From Macrostomum lignano (taxonomy: Eukaryota), in contig NIVC01002554.1 in the NCBI GenBank assembly GCA_002269645.1, forward strand, positions 1 through 64,000: 64,000 bases of DNA, read 5' to 3'. Below, piece after piece: positions 1 to 13,540 of this stretch; position 1 is the stretch's first letter, and each line of letters opens with the position of its first letter. Under the pieces are notes generated by a model. It saw only the letters and a program-made list of their open reading frames with translations, had not been told where the DNA came from and did not search any database. The position numbers and the translations under genes are program-made.

Positions 1-3000
1 CTTTTCTTTGCCGCTATTCACCAGGTACTGACACACCTGCCTGGCCTCTGCGAAACCTGCGCAATAAAATACTTGCGAGTAATCATGGAACTTAAAAAAC
101 GATGGTTCGGACTACCTTGTAATTTCACAGAACTGAAAAATATACACCTATTTGTAGCAGTTTGCCACTGATCTACAGTTATATCGAAGCTCTTAAATAA
201 ATGTATGGACGCCCCTTATAAGTTTGCTGCATTGCAAAAAAATGCACTTTTCTCTCTTACCTGCAATGCGACCTCGCGCCGAGCCTGGCCAACAAACTCA
301 TCTCCAACAGTTGGTACAGGCCACGTTTTAATCCGCTGGACCTTCCGACCTGGCAGATCCAGGCAGAGTAGATAGTCCGACAGGTCAGGTGACTCGGTTG
401 ACCGTCCGTCAAGCACGTCAGAAAGGCGGGGTGCCTGCAAATTGCCGGGGCCTCGAACCAGAAGGTGCATTCGCGGTCCGTCTATTGCGGCGCTGACCGA
501 AGGCGGTGTGGCCGGTAGCCAAGGCTGGTCACAGCCGTGCATGAAGTAGCCGACAGGGAAGGGGCGACAGCAGGATGCGAGACAATGGCAAGGTGCAAGT
601 CAGGATTCCCTAACAGATCCCTCAGGGTGCGCATTGAGCGACTGCGATCCTTTTCAGGTGGCAACTGCAGCGACTCCGGCACCTCAAAGCTGACGGGCGC
701 CGTCGGTTGGGAAGCCAGGCGCATGACAAAAAGAAGATAGCGCGGAAGCAGTCGCAAAAACAGGCCGTGCTGCTGCAGATCCGGGAAGTTGCACAGCTGG
801 TTGAGCTTAGAGTTCCAGGCCTCCTTAAATCGCGACATTGCGGCTAAAACTTCGGCATCATATCCATCAACTTTGCCGTCCGGAAGAGGCTCGCGGAGCT
901 TGGCATCTCTAGCGCCTGTGCCACCAAGGTCGGTGCAGTACATAACGCCTCCTTGAAGCCGCTTGTCGAAGTAGCCACTCCACAATGCCTGCTCGCGTGG
1001 GTCGAAAACAAAATCTGCTCGCCTCTCCTCTTTCTTTGTCACGAAATTGCTTTCGAATTCGGACAGCTGGCCGGCCAGCTTGTTGAGGTTGAAAACCTTC
1101 AGCTGGACAGTAGACGCGTTGGCGCCGGCCTCTGGCATTGTGTTAATCACTAGATAGTCCGTGCCGTATGGCTGTCCCAGCATGATGTAGTCCGAAACGC
1201 CTCGCAAAGCCAGCAGAAAGCTGCCATCCTTGGCAGACCAGACGTTAAACGTAAAGTAGGCCTTGGCCTTCACCAGCAGCAGCGAGCCATCGTCGCTAAT
1301 GTGCACCGGGCAATTCAGCACCGTGTGAATCTCTGCGTTTGTATCCAGTTCGTAAGACTTGTCCAGCACGCGATGATAAGCGACTGGAACCGTCTGTGGA
1401 AAATTATAATTTTATATGTTTTCAAATTTGTAAATACGCTTCTCAGTTAGCAATTAAACTCACCCGCGCAGCCTCCGGATACCACAAGAATCCAACACAG
1501 TCACCGAGCGGCTCCGACAGCATGACAACAGCAACAGAAGCCGTCCTCGATAGGCTAGTCATGAACGGCTTGTTGACGGCCGCCTCCAACTCCAGCTCGT
1601 GTCGAGCTCGACGCTCAACCTTGGGATCCAGATCAAATAGGTAGAAAGTGAACAGCGCACCTCCTGGACTCAAGGTCACCAAGAAGAGGCACTCTCCATC
1701 GTCAAAGAAACTGGTGTTCTCGCTGGTCAGCTCGTGGGCCGCCAGACCTTGCCCGGAGCAATCTAGTTCGGTTTCTTCGAATGTGTCCAGGTCCACCACC
1801 CTTGGCGTCAGTGGTTCGTCCGAAGTTTCTTCGCCCTCCGAGATGCGGTGGCCTATGTAGAACAGGCACCGATCATTGATGAGGCTTTGCCCCAGCTGCA
1901 TCGGCCAGGAGCGGAACAGGAAGTGGCGAAGCGGCTCCGATTTTAGCAAGCAATACGTGATTGGCATGGTGGCGTAGAAAGTCTTTGCAAAGATCATGTG
2001 CCCCTCGGTGGCTTCCAAGCAGCCGCTGCCCGACTTGGCGAAGTACTGCAGCGGCAGCGAATCAGGCAGGCTAGGCATGAGAACCTTCCAGGCACCGGTG
2101 CGCATGTTTGCCCGCAACAGCTGGAACTGCCCGGGCGCTACCTCCTCGACTGTGCAGAAGCAGCCGCTTGTGGGCAGAACAGCCACGAATCGAATGTGCG
2201 ATGCTGCAGGCCGCTCGGAAATCACAGTCTTTAGCTCGGACCCCTCATGGTCGTACCAAGTGACGGTGTTGTTTTGCAGAGACACTGCGTATATCTTGCC
2301 ATCTTCACACAGGTTGCCAATGGACAGGCGTACCTTCAGAATGAATTAAGTTGACAAGTTACATAGCCAGCGAGGTTTTCCCTCAAATGATATCTACGTG
2401 CGCCTTAAGATAGTGACGGCCTGACTTACCTGCACAGTGCAGTGCGTGTATCCACTACCAGTGTCCAGGCAATTATTAACAGGCAGTAGCAGGGGACTGT
2501 CCTTCTTGCACGCCTCAAGCAGGTCGCTAATGCGTCTGGATCTGCAGCGAATGGCTGCAAGCGGCCGCAGAGGTCCACAGGCAAACTCAGCGGACTGTGG
2601 CTCAGGCTGTACGCTGAGATGCGCAACGCGTTGTAGATCCGAGTGAGGTCGAGCTCATTCTGTTCACTGCCGCGCTCCTTCTTCTTGAGGTCGAAAACAG
2701 ATGCAAGTCCATTAGCAGCTGATGGCGCCGGCTGGAGGCCAACTTGGACTGCAGATGATCCAGGTTAAAGGCAACGTGCTCGAGAAAGTCCACAACTCGG
2801 CCACTCTGATGAAGTGCCTCGGTAGCTGGTTGATGCGGCGCAGGTTGTAGTACGGCTTGTCACTCTCGACTCGAAGAACAAACGGCTGCGCTGGGACCTG
2901 CCTATCTGCGGCCATTGGCACGGGTAGGCCCTGTAGTAAAGAAATAGTTCGTCTTTACTAATTCTGTCTCACTATAAATAAACACAAAAATATTTTTGAG

Positions 3001-6000
3001 AATGTTTCCTACTCTGGTGATACTACGAGTAGTACTTTCGTACGGGGTATTCTAAGTTATTTCTAGTCTAGTTATAGCTAAAATAAAGCTTTTGCATTAC
3101 AAGTGAAACAAAGTTTAACATCGAAAAAGCTGAAAATTAACGAGGATTGACACAGCGCTCACATCTCGCTCCAATTTGGCCTTGACCCTTTCCGGACATT
3201 CAAACGGCTTCTCCCGACCGGCGGCCCACTCTCCAAAAAAGTAGTCGGCCATTCGCGAATGAATAATCCTGTTGTGCTCTGGATCGCTGAGGTAGAGCTT
3301 TTGAGCCACCTCCCAGAATTGTCTGTGGTACCAGAATAGCACAGTGACACCGTCGGCTTCGCGCTCAACCAGGTAGTCGTCGATCTGTTGTCGAATGCGG
3401 GTCCAAGCCAACGGTGGCACGCGAATGAACGGCGGCAAGTGGTGCGTGAACACCTCTCGCAGGACGTCGTCATCTAGCGACAGGAGGTCCTCAATCTCTG
3501 CCTCGCTCAGACCGGTTCGGGATGCTGTCACGTAGGATAGCGCGTTTCGTACAAGCACCTCGCCGTACGAGTGCCAAGTTGGCTAAGCAACAGCCGAATC
3601 GCTCCTTCAACAGTCGGTTCCAGCATGTTTTGTCTAGCGGGGTGTACGAACTCCATCGTCGCGCCTGACGGAACACCAGGCCAATGTAGATAGGCAAAGA
3701 GCAGCTTGCAAATGCCGTTCGAAGCGCGTCCCACTGAGGCTCCGTAAGACGGCGCTTTGACTTTTCCAGCCGCGCCCTGGTGATTTCCTCGCACAATGCT
3801 GGCTCCAGCGGTGGAACATCCATTACTCGGTCCGGTAGCAGCTGAAGAAAATTCTCCCTAATACCGTGCAGAGTTGGCAGGCAGCTTAGTATCATCTTGC
3901 AGCCTGGAGGCAGCTCGGACCTAAGCCAAGTGAGCTGGTAGGCGTAGTCGGAAGCATCAAGTTGATCGAGGGAGTCCAGCACAATGATAACACGGCGCGA
4001 TTTTCCCAGCTGTTGCAGAAAATCGTAAAACGTGCTGACCAGCTCTTGGAAGCTGTCCATTCCTGCAACTTGCTGTGCCTCTGTAGAGCCAAGGAACACT
4101 GCTAACTGCTGACACAATTGCTTCACAGTCTGACGAATGCTGCTTGTGGAGGGACTGGTTCCCAAGAAGCGCAGCAATAGTAGAGCCGACGGCTGGTTAT
4201 CCGGCGGTAGCCAAGAGCGAGCACTCTTGGCAGCCTTGGCCATGATGGAGGTCTTGCCGCAGCCGGAGCTGCCGCACAGCAGCAGCGGCTGCCTGGAGTC
4301 GCCCGTTGTGTAGTCGCGCAGCTGGTCAAGAAACTCCTTCCTGCCCTGAAAGTTGGTCACGTAGCGAACGCAGTGATGCGCGTGCTGCAAAACCTCGGCG
4401 TACAACGGGTCCGCTTGCAGCTCCGACCTGCGCTGTCTGAATGTGTCTACGAGACGCCGGACCTGCGGGTGGGTTTTGGTAGGTTTTCATTGTTTATGGG
4501 ATTAGAATGCCACAAGTTTATATTACTGGATAAGTAGATCAAACCCTCTTCTAACCGTTGAATCGTCAGCATATTTTCTCGGAATCCCCTATGGGAGCTA
4601 TAGAGATCGAGATAGAGATAGAGAAATAGAGATCGGTAGAGAAATTTGATTCAGCAACTAATCAAAGCCAAGTGTTTTACAGTCAGTACGATTTTGACTC
4701 ATAACCATACACAAGCAAGGAATCGACTCATACCTGCATCTCAAAGTCCTTAACTACGCTGTCCAGGTAATCAGCATGAACCTCGGGGCTGATACCTTTT
4801 GGAGGCTGCCATGTCAAAGAGTATTCCGTGACGCCTTTAGGCAGCAGGTCCCGCAGTCGCGATCGCAGTCCGTCCAACGCCTCGCTGCCTCGGGATCGGC
4901 GAATCTTTGCGCCGCTTTGTCGCCCTCGTCGAGACGCTGCTGAATGTCAGTTATGTCGCGGAAGATGGCAAAGGCAAATGGCTTCAGCTCAGGATGGGCG
5001 TCCAGCACGCCAATTTGAATCTCTTGATGCGTAATTGACGTACAGAACCGGATAGCCCCGGCCGACGTCATTGAGCCTTTTGCAACCGCCGCATTTGCAG
5101 CGACCTCCAGCGCCTTCTGCAGCGCGGGGCCATCGCGCGCCCACTCGGTCTGTTCGGCCTCGGACTCCAGTGGGCGCAGATTGTACACAGGCGGCCGGCC
5201 GTTCTCATCGCGCAGTACCATCGATGCAGCAGGGCCAAGTCGTCCGGCCGGTCGGACATGGCAGCCTCGAGTATGCCGGCCTCCTCCTCGGTGAGCCGGT
5301 TGGGCGCCTCTTTGCCGCCGTAGCGATGGCTCAGGATTGTCTATGGGGATCCCGGGGGTGTATTTTGCATCTGTTGCGCTAGTGCTAGCGCTAATCTAGA
5401 CCATAGCTATTCCTTAAATTGGTCGCTCGGCCATTAGAGGGCAAAAAATCGAAAATAAAAACTGTTGCGTTCGCAGTTAGGGAAATCATGAAATATCTGA
5501 GTGGACGGCAGGTACGAGCTATTAGACGTTTAAATTCGAACTCAACTTCGAGTACAAAGGCTGCATGGTTCGCACTTAGGAATTTCAGATGTATTGATAC
5601 AACCTCGAAAATATGGAGCTATGCTAATCCTCACCATAAAATGCGGCCCACTAGAGAGGCGCTGACAGTTGAGAATCTCGTTGAAGCACATCTCCGAGGC
5701 CTTGTGATCGGAGGACGCCGCGTCCTGGATGCCCCAGCGCATGTCCACGATCTGAAAGAATCCGTGGTCAAATTATTCTGCTTTGACTGTTTCAATAGGG
5801 AAAAAATAAATTCTTATGATTTCAATTACGCTTTTACCTGGAATTCTAGGCCATACTGATCACGGTAGAACTCCTTCATCTTGGAGTAAACAGTCTTCAT
5901 CAGCGCGTTCCGTTCAACCGCCATGTCTGAAGAAAAGTTAAGAATGCGCTTTGGTCTTGGGTGCTCAACAGCTTCTGAATTCTGCCTGTGTAGATACATG

Positions 6001-6170
6001 ATTACCCTCTCTACTCTGCCATTGTAGATTTAATCACCTGAGAAAGTAGAGCTAATGAAAATTCTAATCGATTTTGTGTCCTTCTTTGGCAGCTCATCCA
6101 AGTTGCCGCACAGCAAGCGCCGATAGAGATTCTCCCTGCTCTGCTCCTCGCTGATGAACATGGGCGCCAT
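1..6170 (-). CDS. NWD1/NWD2-like STAND protein (DUF4062-like N-terminus, NACHT NTPase, WD40/beta-propeller-like C-terminus); runs off the left edge and contains about 8 single-base frameshifts
   Basis: Exons reconstructed from GT-AG sites: 6170-6038, 5926-5838, 5751-5635, 5340-4734, 4462-3163, 2930-2430, 2333-1464, 1393-261, 56-<1. N-terminus reads [46 protein letters not shown], typical of NWD/TEP1-like DUF4062. Walker A is GSSGCGKT and Walker B is [10 protein letters not shown]. Post-NACHT motifs [27 protein letters not shown] and [10 protein letters not shown] are present. Frameshifts lie near 5215, 4876, 3629, 3575, 2801, 2695, 2533 and 562. Confidence 0.85.
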
Positions 6171-9100
6171 GACCGCCGCGGCTTTAAATCGGCGAGCCGG
6201 ATTGCCATTAGGAGAACGCAGTTGAGGCGCCTTGGGGTTCGTTTTTGGAGGTCTCGCTAACCGCTTCATAATAGGTTTGGCAGTAAATAATTGTTATAAT
6301 TATATCAACGATTAGGTGATGATTTCTCAGGCACGAATGTAACAAAATTATTGAAGAAAAAGAAAGTTTTCAAATAAGTTTCCACATGATTTGCGGAATT
6401 TGTCATCTTTTAAGTAAAAAAGTAGAACTTCTCTTGGCTGCAAATATTTCTACATTAAAGATAAATTTTCAACTTAATTCAATAAATATAAATAAAACCT
6501 AATGTACAGAAAAATGCTATTTAGAAAATAACCTAGGTCCAAAGTTAAGCAAAGTCTAGTAGGAGTAATACTGAGTCTTATCTTGTCTGAAATGATTTTT
6601 AATGTGCTATCTTGGTTAGGAAATATTTCAATAATTCATAAAAAATTACCTAAATGTATCGAAAAGAAAAAAACAGAAAAAAATTTGTAATTTTATAGTG
6701 ACAATGCAATTTTTAGTATCTATACAAAAATGCATTTATCGATTGTCTTTTAATTTCTTTCTTTTTCACTTACACAATTATTCAAAGCAGTGAAAAATTC
6801 TAATGTAAAGAAAATTGCAGACTAAATTCAATAAAATTATTTCTCTCTAAGCCATTAAACCTATTGTGGAGATGGGAATGGAAATGGAGATGCTTGATTC
6901 ATTTTAAAATACGGCATAAATGCATATCGCGTGATATAGGTCTCGAACTATCGAATTAAAAAACTCGAATAGAAGCGAAATCAAGTTTGCTTCTAAAGGT
7001 AGACGCTTAGTTTGTATTCAGAATAATTTTAGTGTAATCCTTAAATAGGTTTATATTTTTAACTTAATTTTACAACGAGCAGAACAATAATATTTTGCTG
7101 CCAGGTGCAAACTGTTAAGGTTATTTTTGCTTTAATTGATAGAAAGAATTTCCGACATACGAAATAAAAACTGTCTGAACTTAAATGTCCATATACTGAT
7201 TTCTATGGATATAGAATCACGTACTTTATTCAAATGCTTTTCTTACCAAATTAATTATATAATTCCTTACGATTTTTCAGGACTGTTGCTCACAGTGATG
7301 GGTTTCGACCTTCCGGCCCCCTTGTGGGGAAGCCTTCGCGGGCCTCAGGTCTCAGAAATAAATCAATTAGACACCATGCGCCCAAAACGGCACTTTCACG
7401 CATGTTTCACGCGACACGCATGGACATACATGCGCTACGCGTGTTCCTGCAATTCACGTCACGGGAACATGCCAGTTCACGTGTGCTTGTGGTAAAAGGT
7501 ATGCACGTGATTTCATGGACAAATCACGCGTTTTCACATTAGAGAATCAGAAATTTGTCAACTATGCTACTTCTTTTTATGCTACTTAAAGTAGCATAGA
7601 TAAGCAGCAGCAAGGGATCGCATCCTAAATCAAGTATAATGAATATCTTTCTTAAACTGTTAAACTTCTAATAGAAATAATGCATCTCTTACTATACCAT
7701 AAATATTTTGCAGCCAATCGTTTCTCTCGCCGCTCAATTAACATTGAATAAAAAATGAAGATATAAAAATCAAGTAAACTCATTTGAAGCCACATTGAAT
7801 CAAGAACTGTGTGCTTTCGAGAGAATACACTATAGAAGGAATGCGACTAAAATTTAGTCACAAGTAATTGTTTAACTACAATTTATGATTTAAAAAGCAA
7901 CAAAAACCATTTTTTTGAGATAAAGCGATGCAATCTGCATCCACATAAACTTCTGACGCAGCTTACTTCCATCTTTGTTAAAGTATTTATAAAGCAAAGC
8001 GGTGTAATCAAAACGCGGAAGATTTTTTAAATGTTTAGCGCCTGGACTCTTGTCGAACGTGCATTGCATGGGCTATAGTTGAAAAGACAGGCGACGAATA
8101 AAATAGTCAGTCATCGTGGTGCCACCCAATGATGTAAGCACTAATAGTCTATCACGTGGCGTATCAATATATATCGATTGCCTATCACCTTACTAACTGC
8201 GCTCCATAACTACTACTACCACTGTAATTTTGATTATTTTAATAACCAGATTATGTCTGCAGAAGAACCCAATAGAACAAAAGTTAGGCCTATATATTTT
8301 TTGTTCTTGGTATTTTCGTCACCCTTTGTATGCCAGTATGCTATTAAATTTACTTTTAATTGGGCTTATAGCTAGATATTATGAATGCAATCAGTTCCTG
8401 TTTTATGTATACATTAGCTAAGTGCATTTATTTTTTGCTATATAAAATGCAAAGGATTTGCTACTTAACTCCTAACTCTCAGATGAAAATTTACAAAAAC
8501 AAGACAGAGGACAATTATTAAGATTTCTTATTTGTTTTATTATTACAATATTGCATTCCTTTTATTTATATATTTGGCACTTAATTTATTATTAATATTA
8601 CCTTTATTACCAAAAAACTGTATATTATATTGAATTCCTAAAGAACTCCCTTTCGCTCTACACTTGTTCCTTTGTCTTATCCTACCTAACTACCTTTTAT
8701 GTTTTAATACTGTTTAAATTCCATATTCCAAAAACTCAAATTATAGCTATTTTGGATTCTACTTGACTTAATAGACTATATAGTAGGCCTAGCAATAGTT
8801 AAGTCAACAAGGTGTCTTTGGCCCAGAAAAATTCTGGCATGAAAATGGGTGAAGAAAAATTTTAGCATATAATTTCCATCTGTACACATAGGAAAAATAT
8901 ATATAAAAAATTGAGCATTCTGGTTTATTCTATTAGGTATTAGGTCATATAGCAAAATGTTTACACACACTTTGTCATAAGCATTTTTTGTATAGACATA
9001 AAGAATTAACACAAGCTTACTAATGCTGATGCCCAAAGTCAAGTCATTAGCAAACTGGCAGCAAAGTATTTAATGAATTTTAAAGAAGTTATTCACTGCT

Positions 9101-11589
9101 AAGCTTGGACACTAGCAAGAGGCAAAGGAAAATTGTTTTTTTAGTTATAAAATATAGCTATATATTTTTATATACTAACCATAGAGCCATAAACCCCCTG
9201 CTTCTTCCTTAATACTCTATAGTATAATAAAAAATCTCCTTAATAAAAATATAACCTTTATACCTATCTCTTTTCATATATTGGTATTATGACAAACAGG
9301 TCTATAAATTTACTGAAACATGGAATAGAGTCATAGACCAAAACAGGCCTAAGGGCTTATAGTGTGATTGACACCCATGAGGGGCAAGCCCCAAGGCACA
9401 GAGAATATATAGTGCTGACAATGAGAAAGTCAGAGCAGATGTATACCTCTGTGTGACCATTGCCTATGTATATATCCATGTGCCTGTGTATGCTCAGAAG
9501 TAAGTAGAATGGGCATAATTGCCTCCCCACTGGTTATAGGTTTATAAAAGCATTGCACCAGGGTGCCCATAGCCCTTCTACAGATAACTAAACTAATTAA
9601 TGGCATTTCATTGAACATGGTCAATATGTAAATATAGTAGCTAGTTGATCTATCTTTTTCTTTTGGAAAGATTTAGTCTTCTTTTTTAATTATTTTATTT
9701 TGTATTCTTCAACTTCTAGTGCTTGATAGCTTTGTCTAGGGTTCTCTTCTGAACCCTACAAACTTCTTAGGATATCTTTTTACTTTCAGTGTTAGTTTAT
9801 TTTGTCCATTTAGGTAAATGCATAGACCAATGACAAGCCTTTATTTGTCTGAATTTCTTACCTTGTTTAGCATTTTGTAGTCTAAGTAGAATCTATTCCA
9901 TAATAAGTTTATTAACCTACTCCCTCTCTAGCTATATCAATCAGAGCATTGCTATTGGCTGGCCTATTGCTACTTATGCTTTTCTTTTGTTAACAGTTTT
10001 GGCTAGTTGCGGCTGCTATGGAAGACAAACGCTGTTAGTTAAGTGTGATGGCACAACAACTGTGATGAACAATCATCTGAGACAGCATGTGACTTACTTT
10101 TTAAAAACCAAGCAGTACATAGAAAAGCTAGAACCATGAGTTTGTTAATTTCTTATATTTAAAAATATTTGGTTTCAAGTCAGCTATGTTAAATATTCAA
10201 ATCAAATCCATTTGAAATTTCATATTTGTACCATCCCTAGACTAACCACTAAGCTACAACCTACCACAAAGTGAGATCTTACTTATAAAACAGCTGACTG
10301 GATAATTTATATAATTTTAAATTAATTAAATTCCAATGTGAAACCAATGATATTAGTACCAATTCATTTTCTAAACTATTCCATTTTTGGAAATTATGTA
10401 TATTGTTATATTTCATTGACTTCAATTTGGCCTACCAAATTTATAATGCTATTTAAATATTTTATATTACTGCAATATAGAGCTTTGCTTTTCTTTTTTA
10501 AGAACTTTTGGTTAAATCTACCCACAATGATATTGTAGCTATAGTTAAAAGTCATTTTTATGTTTGGTGTTATGTTTAAGTAATGTTATGTTATGTTATG
10601 TTTAGTTATGTTTAGGTAAATATGTTTGCATTATAAAATAATGGCATTTATTAGCAAAGCCAAGGACATAATTGTATCTGTTGTATTTTACATTTGCTTG
10701 CACAAGGTTGTAGGCCTAATCAAAACTTAGTTATCCAGTTGCTATTTTTTGTATCAAAAATTCAAATGAAACCTAAGCTTGTTATTAAGGGCCAATGGCA
10801 CAGTGGTCATTACATTATTAAGTTTGTTCTATGGAGTCAAGTTTAATTCCACATTTTGACTTAATTAATTTAAGACAAAAGTATATGATCTGTGGTTCAG
10901 CAGTCATGGTTAATTGAGTTTAACTATAATTTTGTTTTAGTGGCATAATGACATTAGTTTCAGAATAGATTTAAGCTAAATGAACAAAATAACTTAAGCT
11001 TCCAAAGCTATTGATACCAGCTCTTTGCACCTTCATTTTTTCAAACCACCTTAGCTTGGTTCGCTAATCCTGTTGTATAGTAGTAACTTGTCATTCTCCA
11101 ATTTATTGTAATATTTTTAACTGGAAACACTCCACCAATTGGTATTCTGCATTTTTTTAATTTCAGCATAACTGGGCGACTTTTAATGGAATCTGATCAA
11201 GACTCAATTGATACTGTCCCGAGTCATGATGCCCTCTCTGTAAAGACTCCTGTCAGTACCCTTTCGCAAGCGCCGCAATTAAGCCTGAGTCAGCGAATTC
11301 TGACGCCGTCATTGGCTACTGTAGGGTTGCCAAACGATGCCACATGAGTTCAATGGGCACTCATCTCAGAACGCAGACTGGAGTGAAGATTTTATTACAT
11401 ACTCGACTCCTAAGCGAGATGTTGCCGCTCTTTACTATTATTAGCAGTTACGGTCTGGAACATCCGACAAAAAGTTAAATCAGCTGTTACGAATGGAATC
11501 ATTCTTCAATTTACGATCGTTCTTTAAAGTCGAACAGTATTCACAACTTCCGCGAACCATCAACGGCTATCATTAAAACTGCCAAGACT

Positions 11590-11835
11590 ATGCGCCCCAC
11601 CATTACACGACCAACATCACAATGTCCACATCTGGAGCGAATGTACATGCAGCTGTGTACTGTGACGAACAAATGCCCCACGTTTAAGTATCTCCTGGTC
11701 CATCCTACGGAGGCAAACTACAGGACTATTGATTTAAACGACATCACTTATCGATGCTCGTTTATGCCAGCTTCTTCTGCGACCCCGTATTTACTTCATG
11801 TGTGCCCTCTTATTGAGTTTGATGAAGTTAGTTAA
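11590..11835 (+). mobile_element. Possible decayed DNA-transposon (CMC/EnSpm-like) transposase C-terminal remnant
   Basis: ORF end YRTIDLNDITYRCSFMP...VCPLIEFD loosely resembles animal CMC/EnSpm transposase C-termini as recalled from memory; not verified by search. The surrounding frames are broken by stops. Confidence 0.2.
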
Positions 11836-12759
11836 CCATTTTATTTTTTGCTTGCACAGTTCATTGATAACCGTTTGCTTACGTAGTGCACATTCGTAGT
11901 CTCATTATGCACGTTATGATTATCAAAAATTTAAGTCGCGTTATTACTTATGTTCGAAATACTACTCTTTCTCTCTTACACACTTTAATGTTTCAGTTTT
12001 ATTAGATTTGCCTTTCTAATATTGTTTCTTTGGTTTCTCACATTTGCATTATGATCCATGTATCACGTGTATGTATAATCGAGCGTGTTGCATTATATAT
12101 ATTTTTATATATTGCATGTTTCTCGTGTGATACATTTTGCTTATGAGCAAAACACTGCTTATTTTAATACACAAAGATCGAGCTTTGTTTGTAAAAAAGA
12201 TTCCCTACAATATTTACAAATTAGGCATTTATTTACTAAGTTAGTATTTAAACCAGTACTACTGCTCCGTTTTTGTCAGTTTTGTTCATTTTAGTTCTAT
12301 TTCTTCTACCTTGACTTCCAGATTCCTGGTTTTCAATTGGGAGTTGTGGAATTCTAGTTTTAAGAAGTACTTTTATGCGAATAGGGAGTAAATTAAGAGG
12401 GCGTATGCATTGGAAGTACTGCATAGAAAAATTCGCAATGCATTTCAATCTCGGTATGTGAAGCTACGTATGAAAGTAACTAGAAGTAGCTGTTTTGTTC
12501 AAAGCCTGTGTGCACCTGTGTACATGCATTGAATACTCATGTAGATTCGTATATAAATTATATGGAACGCGAATAATGCACGCATGCATACAACATGTTC
12601 ACGCGAGAGAACTTCACGGGGAGACGCGTTTTCCCGTCGTGTGTGCACGCATGTCTTCCCATGCGACATGGAGGCACGCGGCGTGTGCCTGCATGTCGCA
12701 TGGGAAGACACTCGTGGCCATGCCGGGATTCCCGCGTGAATCATATGGGAAGGGTGCAT

Positions 12760-13540
12760 AGTGGAGTCCTGGCCCCCACTCCTGTCAGATGGTCAGCCCC
12801 ATGGTAGCTTGATCGTGAGGCGAGCAGTCTAGGTCCTATAGCTAAGAGAGGGACAGCGAGAGACGAGCAGGGAGAATTTTGAAGGTAGAAATTAGTTAAT
12901 CCGCAAATTAGCTAACTCGCTGCCACCAGCCCGTACGTCCTGGCTCACCACACCGGGACTTTCGAAATCGGGCTTCCGACTAGAGGGGGTTTTGCACTTA
13001 CCTGCCAACTAGTGTCTTTTTGCTGTCAATCTCGAAGTCATAGCCGATGTTAAGGGACACTGCTGGGACTCGATCGCATTGGCCATGCAGGTACAGAGGG
13101 GACTTGTGCAGAGGATTCTTGCAGTGGCGAGACTATGGGGTAGCTACATGTACTATTACATTGCTAAATACGAAGAATTGTACTTTTGGCCTTCAACGCG
13201 CCAACTAGCCTCTCATAGCGCTGATGATAGACTAACTCGAACTTCAGAGACCGCATGATTCATTACCCGAGCCGCTTGGCGAACCTAGAGTGCACAAAGT
13301 ACATCTCTGGCGCCGATTCTGCACTACTGGCAATTTTTCTCCCTGATTTGATAGATTGATCGACTGAGAACTGCCTTGCCATTGGTCCACTGTGACCGGC
13401 GCCTACTAGCTTAGCTACTCATCTGAGCCATCGGCAAACAAAGAAATAAAACCGATAAAAATAACTGTTCGATTTAACCTCCTTAGATCACTTCACACTT
13501 CAGATTGAATTGGAGTTTCAGACTACTTAACAGTATTATT
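12760..13540 (-). mobile_element. Possible highly decayed non-LTR retrotransposon (APE endonuclease region) remnant
   Basis: GC-balanced, coding-like sequence with many stops. Weak fragments such as DVLCALxVRQ and NVIVHVATP...DFEIDSK are only loosely APE-like. It lies downstream of a CCAAT/TATA module at 13960-14100. Confidence 0.15.

Noticed and set aside
560-5220. Programmed ribosomal frameshifting or recoding in the NWD gene
   Set aside because: There are too many sites, no slippery heptamers or pseudoknots are evident, and a similar homopolymer indel occurs in the cGLR. Sequencing error is more parsimonious.
7290-7320. tRNA or tRNA-derived SINE (GGTCGAAACC B-box-like on the minus strand)
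   Set aside because: No A-box or cloverleaf; no tRNA or rRNA gene is supported anywhere in the window.
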